DNA from: Chlamydiales bacterium
GTDB taxonomy: Bacteria; Chlamydiota; Chlamydiia; Chlamydiales; JAAKFR01
DNA length: 45,759 nucleotides
NCBI GenBank assembly: GCA_049281295.1
Contig: JBAPRV010000187.1
Location: 1 to 45,759 of the forward strand
Direction: 5' to 3'
Shown: positions 9,454-17,715 of the stretch, one piece after another
How the letters are laid out: every line of letters begins with the position of its first letter
Numbering within the stretch: the stretch's first letter is position 1
Program-made: the position numbers and the translations under genes
Notes under the pieces: model-generated
The model's database searches: none
What the model saw: the letters and a program-made list of their open reading frames with translations, nothing else
What the model was told of the DNA's origin: nothing

Positions 9454-11596
9454 TGACAACCTCCGAGGCTAAAGTCTCTTTTTGGAACAAGCGAACAAAC
9501 TCTTTAAAGTAGCCTTTTTTCTTTTCAAGCAAATGGATGAATGCTATGAGACGATCAAAACGTTCGGGATGAATAACCCGCTCTCTATGCATGAGTGTGG
9601 GTCCAAACAGCAGGGTATTAAGTCTATCAACCTCTTCATCCGACCACTCATGTTTATGGTCAGTTGCTAAAAGAGCCATCAATCCCACTGTCGATGTCCC
9701 TCCAATATCCAAGCTATCTTTTGATAAAAGAACTAAGAACGAAGGATTTACAAGTTCAATTAATTTCAATTCAATAAAATGATAAACCAATTGGATAAAA
9801 TCGAGCCGCTCCAGAAATAAAAGCCGCTTTTTATTCTCAAAAAAGGTCTTGTGAACTTGATCTAACAACTGACTGATAAAGTTAGGAAAGAGGTCCTGTT
9901 TAATCCATCCGGGAAAATAGTATCCTGTGCTTTCATCTCCTAAATGCTCCCGAAAATGATCGATAAAGGCTTGGGCCTCATCAAGGTTATGATATATCCC
10001 TGATTGGTTGTAAAAGTCAGTATCTTTTGATAAAGTAACCACTGTAAGACGATCTGAAAATTCAGCTTGGTTGGCCAACTCTTCAATAGCTACGCTTCTT
10101 GCATGCTCCTTCCAGGAAGTTCGATCCTGAAAATTAATGATGAGTATATTTTCCTCTTTTTTTAACGCCCGGAGAAAAGCTTTAAACTCCTCGGTGATAT
10201 GAGCCTTGTTGATCCATTCTTGCCAAATTGGGCAGGGCATTCGAATTAACTTTAGCTCTTTCTCCTTGAATTTCAAAAGCCCCTCAAGATTAGGGACATT
10301 GCCTAAAAGAATCGGATCAAAAAAAGAAAATTCTTCCTCTCGAATAATATCAAATGCTTTGAAAACCGGTCCATTCGGGTGTTTTTTCAAAGCCTCAGTT
10401 AATGCATCATTGGCGCCGGCAAGCTTTTCCGATAGCGTCTTTCTCTTTTTGGGTTTGATTCGTTCAATCAATTGCTTCAATGCCTCTTGAAGCTCTATTT
10501 GATCGGATCTTTCTGTGAAGAGGGCATAGCAAACTGCATCTACCAAATCGAGAAGACTCTGAAAAAAGCGATTGGGTAGAGGGCGGGAGTGGAGCAGAAG
10601 TTTTTGATATTCCATACTATTCACACTTTCTCGAAGAAACATCAGAAAATCAAAAAAATAGAAGTGACACCCTTTGGGAGCAAACTGTCGGATTAAATTT
10701 CGAGGATTAGCAGCTAACATAAGTGCCATCATAGCATTATGCATTGAGATCGCCAAATCGACTCCCTTATATTTCATAGCCTCCTTGTAAAACTTCTCAA
10801 TTCTAGGTTTACAACTTTTCAATATCTTCTGAGCGAATAGATGGAGGTCTTTGTCTTCCCAGTTTTTGATTTGAAGCAAGGGGTCATCTCCAAAATATTC
10901 CTTTGCGTACTCTCCAAAGTCGCAGGAGAGCTTAATATTACGAGCCAGCGCATAGGTATAGAAAGTGTGTCCGGCTTCATTTTTGAGATGAAAAAGCTCA
11001 TAGATATGATCGCGCTTAATCACCTCAAGATCGTTGAGAATATGTGCCCCTCCAACTTCTTCAAGCTCCTCCTTTTCCTCTAATAGATATTGAAGCTCTT
11101 CTTCTAAGTATTGATCTTCAGTTGCTTCTTTTTTCTTTTGAGGAAGCGGCCTTTTAGCAAATTCTCGATATGATTCTTTGATAACCGTATTGTGATAGAA
11201 GTCTTGAAGATTTCGATACTCTTCAATGCCGTTTACCCTTTCCCTAAAAAGCCGTCCAAACCTTTCCAATTTTTCTGAGGCTTCATCTACAAGAATCATG
11301 ATCGTATTCATCCCCTCCAGGAGCTGCTCTCTCTGCCCCCGTTTAACGTGAGTTGAATAAAATCGTTTGAGGTAGGTGAGAAGTGATTTAAAAGTCTCTC
11401 TAATCACTTCCAACGTCTGATCATCGACCGAAGCGCGCATCCAGTAAATTTCCCGTATTTCACCTTGAATTTCTCCTCTGTGAGAAATTAACCTACCCTC
11501 TTCGGTCACCTCAATCTCACTTAAAGAGTCTGCTTCGACAAGCGCGTTAAGATTTTCTACAGCCTCTAAAACACTTAAACCTTCCTTGGGGACCAT
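9443..11596 (-). CDS. Large (717 aa) soluble hypothetical protein, no motif recognised
   Basis: Long uninterrupted ORF with backbone-like composition and no TM or signal peptide. It has an acidic coiled-coil patch (EEELQYLLEEKEELEE), and its 3' end overlaps the M32 gene by 11 nt (convergent). Confidence 0.7.
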   Translation of the reverse strand: MVPKEGLSVLEAVENLNALVEADSLSEIEVTEEGRLISHRGEIQGEIREIYWMRASVDDQTLEVIRETFKSLLTYLKRFYSTHVKRGQREQLLEGMNTIMILVDEASEKLERFGRLFRERVNGIEEYRNLQDFYHNTVIKESYREFAKRPLPQKKKEATEDQYLEEELQYLLEEKEELEEVGGAHILNDLEVIKRDHIYELFHLKNEAGHTFYTYALARNIKLSCDFGEYAKEYFGDDPLLQIKNWEDKDLHLFAQKILKSCKPRIEKFYKEAMKYKGVDLAISMHNAMMALMLAANPRNLIRQFAPKGCHFYFFDFLMFLRESVNSMEYQKLLLHSRPLPNRFFQSLLDLVDAVCYALFTERSDQIELQEALKQLIERIKPKKRKTLSEKLAGANDALTEALKKHPNGPVFKAFDIIREEEFSFFDPILLGNVPNLEGLLKFKEKELKLIRMPCPIWQEWINKAHITEEFKAFLRALKKEENILIINFQDRTSWKEHARSVAIEELANQAEFSDRLTVVTLSKDTDFYNQSGIYHNLDEAQAFIDHFREHLGDESTGYYFPGWIKQDLFPNFISQLLDQVHKTFFENKKRLLFLERLDFIQLVYHFIELKLIELVNPSFLVLLSKDSLDIGGTSTVGLMALLATDHKHEWSDEEVDRLNTLLFGPTLMHRERVIHPERFDRLIAFIHLLEKKKGYFKEFVRLFQKETLASEVVIKS

Positions 11597-11754
11597 AAGT
11601 CCCTCCTTTGCCTAAGTAAGGCGTTGTGATTCAATCTACTATTTCTATTATCCTCCTTTCCAAGGATATAGGGCAAAATATTTTTAAATCACTGATATTT
11701 AGTGAAATACGACTAATAAAGAGGGTCTTAAACAGGCCTTGATAAGAAGAGGGT

Positions 11755-12081
11755 CTAGCTCACTAAAAAGAGCTGGAGGCTTTTAACATCACTGAATAGT
11801 TTTTCGAGTTTTTCCTGATCGGGCATCTCCCGGAAGTTTCGATAATCCGTAATCAGTTTCTCAACAAGAAAAGAGAATTCTTGTCCAAGCTCTGCGGCCG
11901 AATTGGAAAGATTTTCGAAATCTCTCTCAATGCCTGCCGACACCTGAAATTGGCGAGGGAGGTTTTGTTGAAAGACGGCATCAATTTTGCTCAAATCGTC
12001 TTCAAATTGATCGAGCAATAATTTCAGACGACGTTGAGCGATCACAGTTTCATCATCATAACCGGGAGGAGGATAGCTCAT
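11755..12081 (-). CDS. Small acidic helical hypothetical protein (108 aa)
   Basis: ATG start 8 nt downstream of the mscS-family stop, rich in D/E. I recognise no motif. Confidence 0.5.
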   Translation of the reverse strand: MSYPPPGYDDETVIAQRRLKLLLDQFEDDLSKIDAVFQQNLPRQFQVSAGIERDFENLSNSAAELGQEFSFLVEKLITDYRNFREMPDQEKLEKLFSDVKSLQLFLVS

Positions 12082-12088
12082 TTATCAC

Positions 12089-13150
12089 CTATTTTGGAGA
12101 TTCGGGGATTTTAAGGTATCGGACACAAGGTAGCACATGAGGGTATTGTTGTTGTAAAAATTCTATGAGTTTTTCACGAACATAAGCGCGAAGCTCAAAG
12201 GCTTTCGGGGCATCATCTGCTGTCATAACAATTCTAATTTCTACAGTTTTTTCAGTACAATCTGTCATATGCACCGCCCAAACTTTTCCATTCCAGTGAG
12301 GGCTTGATTGAACTAATTCCTTTACTTTTTTACGTATGACCTCTACCGGCACGGAATAATCGCAGTAAAGAAGCAAAGAGCCCAAGAGTTCTTGACTTTT
12401 TGTATCCCAGTTTTGAAACGGTTTATCGATAAAATAAGAAATCGGCAAAATGATGCGCCGCATATCCCAGGTTCGAGCTATCACATGAGTGAGATGAATG
12501 GTTTCAATATAGGCAAAATCCCCTTCTAACAAGACCGCATCGCCAATTTTGATTGTTTTTGTCATGGCGACCTGAAAGCCGGCTATCACATTCAGTAAAA
12601 CAGGACGAGCGGCAATACCAAGGGCTATACCTGCGATACCGGCCGATCCCAGAATCCCGATTCCCACATTCTTAATATAAGGGAAAGTCATCAAAATAGC
12701 TGCGACGGTCACGATAAAAATCGCAAACATAACAATGCGATAGACAAAGAGCAGCTGTGTGAGAATAGAGCGGCGAGCTATATTTATCGTCATTTCTTTT
12801 GTTAATTTCTCAGTAAAATAGAGATATATCGCATGTGTAAGACTCCCCAGCAACCAACCTAAAGTGGCAATAATAAGAATGACGAAGGTGTGCTCGAGCA
12901 TGCTTTCAAAATTTTCGTGCAAAGGGGCAATACTGGTAGAAATGATAGCGGCGAGTTCAAATAAAATAACGAGCGCAGGCCATCTTAATGCTTCAATCAA
13001 CCTTCTGCCTAAACTCTCCTTCTTACGAAAAATTTTACGAAAGATGATTATAGAGATCAGATAGATGACATAGGCAAGCAAGAAAAGCGAAACCGCAACC
13101 CCTGCCATATAGAGAGCCGGAATACAGTAACAAGTGAGCCAATCTTCCAT
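12089..13150 (-). CDS. Mechanosensitive ion channel, MscS family
   Basis: N-terminal TM helices followed by the MscS core ...GIALGIAARPVLLNVIAGFQVAMTKTIKIGDAVLLEGDFAYIETIHLTHVIARTWDMRRIILPISYF. Confidence 0.85.
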   Translation of the reverse strand: MEDWLTCYCIPALYMAGVAVSLFLLAYVIYLISIIIFRKIFRKKESLGRRLIEALRWPALVILFELAAIISTSIAPLHENFESMLEHTFVILIIATLGWLLGSLTHAIYLYFTEKLTKEMTINIARRSILTQLLFVYRIVMFAIFIVTVAAILMTFPYIKNVGIGILGSAGIAGIALGIAARPVLLNVIAGFQVAMTKTIKIGDAVLLEGDFAYIETIHLTHVIARTWDMRRIILPISYFIDKPFQNWDTKSQELLGSLLLYCDYSVPVEVIRKKVKELVQSSPHWNGKVWAVHMTDCTEKTVEIRIVMTADDAPKAFELRAYVREKLIEFLQQQYPHVLPCVRYLKIPESPK

Positions 13151-13508
13151 TTTTTACTAAAGAAGTAACATTATCTAAATTATCGCTTATTAAAACCTTA
13201 AAAACAAGATCAATAAGGTTTTCAAAACACCCCTTGGGAGCATATATTACCCAACTCCTTTACATGAAAGCTAATCCATTTTCCATGGGGAAAGGTGGAT
13301 ATCATATAGGGCGGTTATTCCTCCAGATTGCAATTATTTTATTGTCAGCCATTTGTATTGGAAGGATAACTATGCAGTCTGCTTTAAAATTCAACTTGGC
13401 TCCCCTCTCTTTCTGAGCCAAGAAAACTTAAAAGGCCTTAAAAATTGCATAATGATTTAATTTGTGATACATAATCAACAATAACTATTAACTCATCTAT
13501 TAAGTAAT

Positions 13509-14828
13509 TTGAAAAAAAATGAAACCAAAAAAGGCTATTATCTTTATCAATCTCCCTATGTGACAAACTGTTGCGTCATCGCTCTTGTCGCATTCATTTT
13601 AGGAGCATGGATATGGGCGGCGAAACATTCATGGGGTATTGAACCCATTTCAAAAGGAATTGGCTCTGGAGTTGGCATTCTTGGATATACACTTTTGGCA
13701 TTTTCTCTCTTTTTATCCTCGCGTTGGAAAAAATTAGAGGATTGGATTGGTGGATTGGACCGGGTCTACCACCTGCATCATAAGGTAGGTCTTTGGGGGT
13801 TTTACTTGCTATTGGCTCATCCCTGGATAAATGCCATGAAATGGCTTCCCCAGCGATTAGACCATTTTTTTCTGTTTATTTTTCCCTTTCATCATAGGGT
13901 TTCAGTTAACTTAGGATCGTATGCCTTCTGGCTGATGCTTATCATCATTGTAATAACCATCTTCAAATTACTGCCTTACGATAAATGGAAGCTAACGCAC
14001 AAGTTTATGGCTCTTGTATTTGTATTAGCTTCTTTGCATTTTTTACTATCTTCCAGGCGATTTAATCCCTCCTTTTTATCCCTGACCCCTCTTTTTATAC
14101 CCATGTGCCTGGGTCTTTTTGGAATTGGCTATAAACAAATATGGATGCCCTTCTTTTTTCATTATTCGAAATATGTGGTTACAGATGCTCAAAAAATCAA
14201 CGATAATACCATGATGGTTACACTTAAACCTAAGGAGCGGCCTCTAAATTTTATCCCTGGGCAATATGCTTTTTTTTCCTTTAGAGAGAACCTGTCAAAA
14301 GAACAACACCCTTTTACTACTTGTCATTTTCAAAATTCATCTATTTTCATTTTAGCGAAAGTTCGAGGAGATTTTACCCGTTCTCTCTATGAAAAACTCT
14401 GTAAGGGGACATCTGTACTTCTTGAGGGGCCATATGGGAGATTTGATTACAGATGCTGCATAGAAAACCAAATCTGGCTTGCAGGGGGTATTGGCATTGT
14501 TCCCTTTCTTGCTTGGAGCCAGTCATTTGAGAAATGGCCAGGAAAAGTTGACCTCTTTTATTGCGTGCATCGGGAAGTTGATGTACTTTTCCTAAATGAA
14601 CTCCAATCCTTGCAAAAGAAAAAACCTCTTTTTAATTTACATATTTACTGCACTGAAAATAAACAACGCTTAACAATAGAAAACATAGTAGGCGTAGTAA
14701 GCGATTTGAATAAAAGAGACATTTTTATGTGTGGACCGAAGAGACTAACAAGCCACTTCTTAAGAGAGTTTCAAAACAAAGGAATAAAAAGAGCGAATAT
14801 CCATTTTGAAGATTTTGAATTCTTTTAA
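13509..14828 (+). CDS. NOX/FRE-type flavocytochrome (ferric-reductase TM domain fused to an FAD/NAD(P)H-binding FNR-like domain)
   Basis: Two His pairs with 13-residue spacing in TM helices (HKVGLWGFYLLLAH and HKFMALVFVLASLH). FAD motif HPFT, NAD(P)H motif GGIGIVPF, C-terminal CGP motif. The only in-frame start before TM1 is TTG 13509, and GTG at about 13560 is an alternative. Confidence 0.8.
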   Translation: MKKNETKKGYYLYQSPYVTNCCVIALVAFILGAWIWAAKHSWGIEPISKGIGSGVGILGYTLLAFSLFLSSRWKKLEDWIGGLDRVYHLHHKVGLWGFYLLLAHPWINAMKWLPQRLDHFFLFIFPFHHRVSVNLGSYAFWLMLIIIVITIFKLLPYDKWKLTHKFMALVFVLASLHFLLSSRRFNPSFLSLTPLFIPMCLGLFGIGYKQIWMPFFFHYSKYVVTDAQKINDNTMMVTLKPKERPLNFIPGQYAFFSFRENLSKEQHPFTTCHFQNSSIFILAKVRGDFTRSLYEKLCKGTSVLLEGPYGRFDYRCCIENQIWLAGGIGIVPFLAWSQSFEKWPGKVDLFYCVHREVDVLFLNELQSLQKKKPLFNLHIYCTENKQRLTIENIVGVVSDLNKRDIFMCGPKRLTSHFLREFQNKGIKRANIHFEDFEFF

Positions 14829-14958
14829 CTTATAAAGAGAACATGCTTATAAATATTTTAATCAAAAATAAACAGGACAAAAGTACTTAAAACTATATTC
14901 TGTATAAATATTTTCTCTTTTCGACAGTAATTAAAAACTTATTCGATTATTATAGGAA

Positions 14959-15543
14959 TTAATAGGATTTAAGATTCTGGCAATGAGTCCCTTTGAAAAA
15001 GTTATACCACTCGTTACATTTATCCTCAGTATGGATACCTAATATTTTCAGAATTTCTGCAGCAAATTCAAGACTTCCTAACCCGGAAGCGGTGATAATA
15101 TTATTATCTGTAACAGCGAGTTGTTCTAAATACTGATCGCCACGATAATGTTCTTTGGAATAGTTCTGAAGGTATTCTTTTACATTACTAGTATGCTTGC
15201 AATCATTCAATAACCCTGCTCTTGCAAGTGCGATTGTTGCTCCACAGATAGCAGCGATTGTTTTTTTTTTATTATTAAATTTTTGCAGAATCTCAGAGAT
15301 TTCATCAGCAAGCTCCTTACTATGCCAACGTTTACCTCCAGGAATAATCAAAAGATCTGCTTCGTCTACATCAACCTTTGCTAGCACAGTGTGAGGCACT
15401 ACGTTTAGCCCACCCATGGATTCTACCGCATCTGGACTAAAACCCACGGTGACGATGTCCACTCCATTATTTTTTAATTCTGGAAGAATATAACCTATTT
15501 CCCAGTCAGAAAACCCATCGAATACAAGACAATACACCTTCAT
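14959..15543 (-). CDS. DJ-1/PfpI family protein (class I glutamine amidotransferase-like)
   Basis: Nucleophile-elbow motif IAAICGATIALARAGLL, an upstream LLIPGG block, and the ~190-aa size typical of the family. Confidence 0.85.
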   Translation of the reverse strand: MKVYCLVFDGFSDWEIGYILPELKNNGVDIVTVGFSPDAVESMGGLNVVPHTVLAKVDVDEADLLIIPGGKRWHSKELADEISEILQKFNNKKKTIAAICGATIALARAGLLNDCKHTSNVKEYLQNYSKEHYRGDQYLEQLAVTDNNIITASGLGSLEFAAEILKILGIHTEDKCNEWYNFFKGTHCQNLKSY

Positions 15544-15594
15544 AATTTTATAAACCTTTATAACTTAAAGGCGAAACACAATCAAAGAGATATT

Positions 15595-15777
15595 TTATAA
15601 TTGATTGTAATTCTTGTATAGTCGATTCAATAAAGCATTTGTCGACTGTCGTATATGGTGTTTCCGATCTACCCAAAAACCTTTGGCTTGTTTCAATACG
15701 CGTTTTCGACGTCGACGCAAGGAGATGAAAGAGCAGGTGCTCATCATGATGTGCGCAAGTTTCCTTATTTTTGGCAC
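15595..15777 (-). pseudogene. Truncated duplicate of the 5' part of rplT (L20)
   Basis: 15633-15718 aligns with 17962-18048 inside the intact rplT, including a 46-nt perfect core (15673-15718 matching 18003-18048). Translated, SLRRRRKRVLKQAKGFWVDRKHHIRQSTNALLN matches ASRRRRKRVLKQAKGFWGDRKNHIRQSTNAVMK. The rest of the 60-aa ORF is unrelated to L20. Confidence 0.8.
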
Positions 15778-15817
15778 GACATACCCATGAGATAAGGATT
15801 CTAAAGTGGATTTTTAA

Positions 15818-16183
15818 TTAGGCACGTCCGAAAGTCACATCGGGTCCCGCAATTTTTCTCCTCATGAGGCTGCTGATTCCTTCTGCAATGCCTTGAAGGA
15901 CTGCTTGCAAGAGCACTTGAGCAGCAAGTTGACTCATGCCAGCAATGCCGACGCCAAGATGGTCTTGAAATGATAAAAAGTACTCTTGAGCCGTCTTATT
16001 CTTTGTGTCTATCCAGGCGGTAATGGATGCTATGGATGCTCCTCCTGCAACCACAGCAAGAACGCCCAGCGCAACTGTAGCAGTTGTTGAAGCAACAACC
16101 GCAGCGCCAACAGCAGATCCAGCTGTTATAATAGCTAGTCCAGTTGCTGTCGCAAAAGCGGCTTGATTTGCGCCAATTTCCAT
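15818..16183 (-). CDS. Inc-like membrane protein (bilobed hydrophobic domain), hypothetical
   Basis: Residues ~14-57 (GLAIITAGSAVGAAVVASTTATVALGVLAVVAGGASIASITAWI) form two adjacent hydrophobic lobes with a short polar turn. The 5' region (16184-16330) is very AT-rich and the gene body is Ala/Gly-rich. Confidence 0.6.
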   Translation of the reverse strand: MEIGANQAAFATATGLAIITAGSAVGAAVVASTTATVALGVLAVVAGGASIASITAWIDTKNKTAQEYFLSFQDHLGVGIAGMSQLAAQVLLQAVLQGIAEGISSLMRRKIAGPDVTFGRA

Positions 16184-16422
16184 AATAAAACTCCTATTTT
16201 TTAATATAGTAGGTTAATTTTTAAATTTAATATACTATAGTTAATTATTAGTTATAACGAAAGCAAGTTTATGAAATTCAATAAAAAATAGAATAAATAA
16301 AAAATATTAAGATCTTATAAAGATTTTCACAGTTTTGAAAGGGGTAGTGCGCCAAGCGTACTCGAGGAGAGATCGCTCAAAGGTGTTGCCAAAAAAACGG
16401 AAGAGGAGGACATTGAATACTT

Positions 16423-16447
16423 AAAAGGCCTCCGGGGGAGGGCTTTT
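16423..16447 (-). terminator. Rho-independent terminator ending the pheS-tRNA-Ser transcription unit
   Basis: On the minus strand the sequence AAAAGCCCTCCCCCGGAGGCCTTTT is followed by AAGTATT. It forms a GC-rich stem (CCTCC/GGAGG plus flanking pairs) with A/T-run arms. Confidence 0.6.
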
Positions 16448-16588
16448 AAGAGAAATGTCCGAGAGTGAGCTTGAGCGCGCCGAGGCGAGCCTTTCGGGCT
16501 GGATCTTGCTGCCTACCCGGCATCGCTCGACCCTTCTCATCCCCCACGCGAGTGAAACTGTTCACTCGCTCTCTTCTCTCACTTCGTT

Positions 16589-16673
16589 CGGAAGAGGAGG
16601 GATTCGAACCCCCGGAACCTTGCGGTTCTCCTGTTTTCAAGACAGGTGCAATAGGCCACTCTGCCACTCTTCC
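16589..16673 (-). tRNA. tRNA-Ser (anticodon UGA)
   Basis: Cloverleaf read by hand: acceptor GGAAGAG/CTCTTCC, anticodon arm CCTGT-CTTGAAA-ACAGG, long variable arm GAACCGCAAGGTTCC, T-arm GGGGGTTCGAATCCCTC. CCA is not encoded. Confidence 0.95.
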
Positions 16674-16680
16674 AATTAAA

Positions 16681-17706
16681 CTAAAATTGCTGTAGAAAAT
16701 GTAAATTGTTATCCCAAAAAAGACGTATGTCGGGGATGTCGTATTTCAGTAAAGCAAGCCTCTCTATGCCAATGGCCCACGCATACCCTGTATATTTTTC
16801 GGGATCAATCCCTCCAGATTTTAAAACTTCAGGATGTACCATTCCGGCTCCCGCTACCTCAAGCCACCCCGTCTGCTTGCAAATAGAGCACCCCTTCCCC
16901 TCGCAAAGAAAGCAATGAATATCCACTTCCATGCCCGGCTCGACAAAGGGAAAATAACTAGGTCTGAAACGCATCTTCACCTCTTCTTGGAAAAATTTTG
17001 AAAAAAACTCTTCCAAAGTCGCTAATAGATCGGCAAAGGTCGGGTTGTCATCGATATAAAGCGCCTCTATTTGGTGAAAAACCACGTGGGAACGCGCGGA
17101 AATATCCTCCTTGCGATAACATTTTCCAGGCGAAATAATGCGAATAGGAGGAGGACACGATTCCATCACCCTTACTTGAGTGTTTGAGGTATGAGTGCGA
17201 AGCAAAATGTCAGGTGTGATGTAAAAGGTGTCGTGCATGTCGCGGGCTGGATGATCCTTTGCAAAATTCAATGCTTCGAAATTATAATAATCAGTCTCAA
17301 TATCAGGGCCATACTGCACTGAAAAGCCCATCCCAACTAAAATATCTATCGCTTCATCAAGGGTTCTAAGGGTGACATGCGTTCTTCCAAGAAAACGTTG
17401 ACGCCCAGGTAGGCTCACATCCAGCTTCTCACGCTCAAGCCGCTTTTCAAGCTCTTGTTTTTCAAAGTCAGCCAAAGCTCGCTCAAAATTATCGGAAATT
17501 GTGGTTTTAAGGTCGTTGATCAATTTCCCTATCTGAGGACGGCTTTCAGGAGGACACTCTTTTAATAACAACATGAGCCTCTGAACACTCCCCTTCTTCC
17601 CCAGATACTTGACCTTTAAAGCTTCAACGTGCTTGGCTTCTCGACTCTGTTGAAGTTCTGAGATCGCCTGCTCTTTGAGGTTTTGAACTGCGCTCTCAAT
17701 TTCCAT
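16681..17706 (-). CDS. pheS: Phenylalanine--tRNA ligase alpha subunit
   Basis: Class II aaRS motifs ([30 protein letters not shown]...[11 protein letters not shown]) and position directly downstream of rplT. Confidence 0.97.
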   Translation of the reverse strand: MEIESAVQNLKEQAISELQQSREAKHVEALKVKYLGKKGSVQRLMLLLKECPPESRPQIGKLINDLKTTISDNFERALADFEKQELEKRLEREKLDVSLPGRQRFLGRTHVTLRTLDEAIDILVGMGFSVQYGPDIETDYYNFEALNFAKDHPARDMHDTFYITPDILLRTHTSNTQVRVMESCPPPIRIISPGKCYRKEDISARSHVVFHQIEALYIDDNPTFADLLATLEEFFSKFFQEEVKMRFRPSYFPFVEPGMEVDIHCFLCEGKGCSICKQTGWLEVAGAGMVHPEVLKSGGIDPEKYTGYAWAIGIERLALLKYDIPDIRLFWDNNLHFLQQF

Positions 17707-17715
17707 CGCTGTCTA

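Noticed and set aside
13234-13416. 60-aa ORF in the mscS / NOX-like intergenic region
   Set aside because: It has a non-ATG start, no SD and no motif, and it sits in an AT-rich promoter-like spacer. It cannot be excluded as a small membrane peptide, but the sequence alone does not support it.
16449-16588. Tested the GC-rich segment as 4.5S/SRP RNA, tmRNA, RNase P RNA, 5S rRNA or a second tRNA
   Set aside because: It has no GGAA-tetraloop/AGCA domain IV signature in the correct order, no T-loop GTTCGA outside the tRNA, no RNase P GAGGAAAGTCC-type block, and the length is wrong for 6S or RNase P. It is kept only as an unclassified structured segment.
16446-16695. Three ORFs of 73-76 aa overlapping tRNA-Ser and the GC-rich segment
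   Set aside because: They read through a tRNA gene and a structured GC-rich segment in both orientations, so they are translation artefacts.
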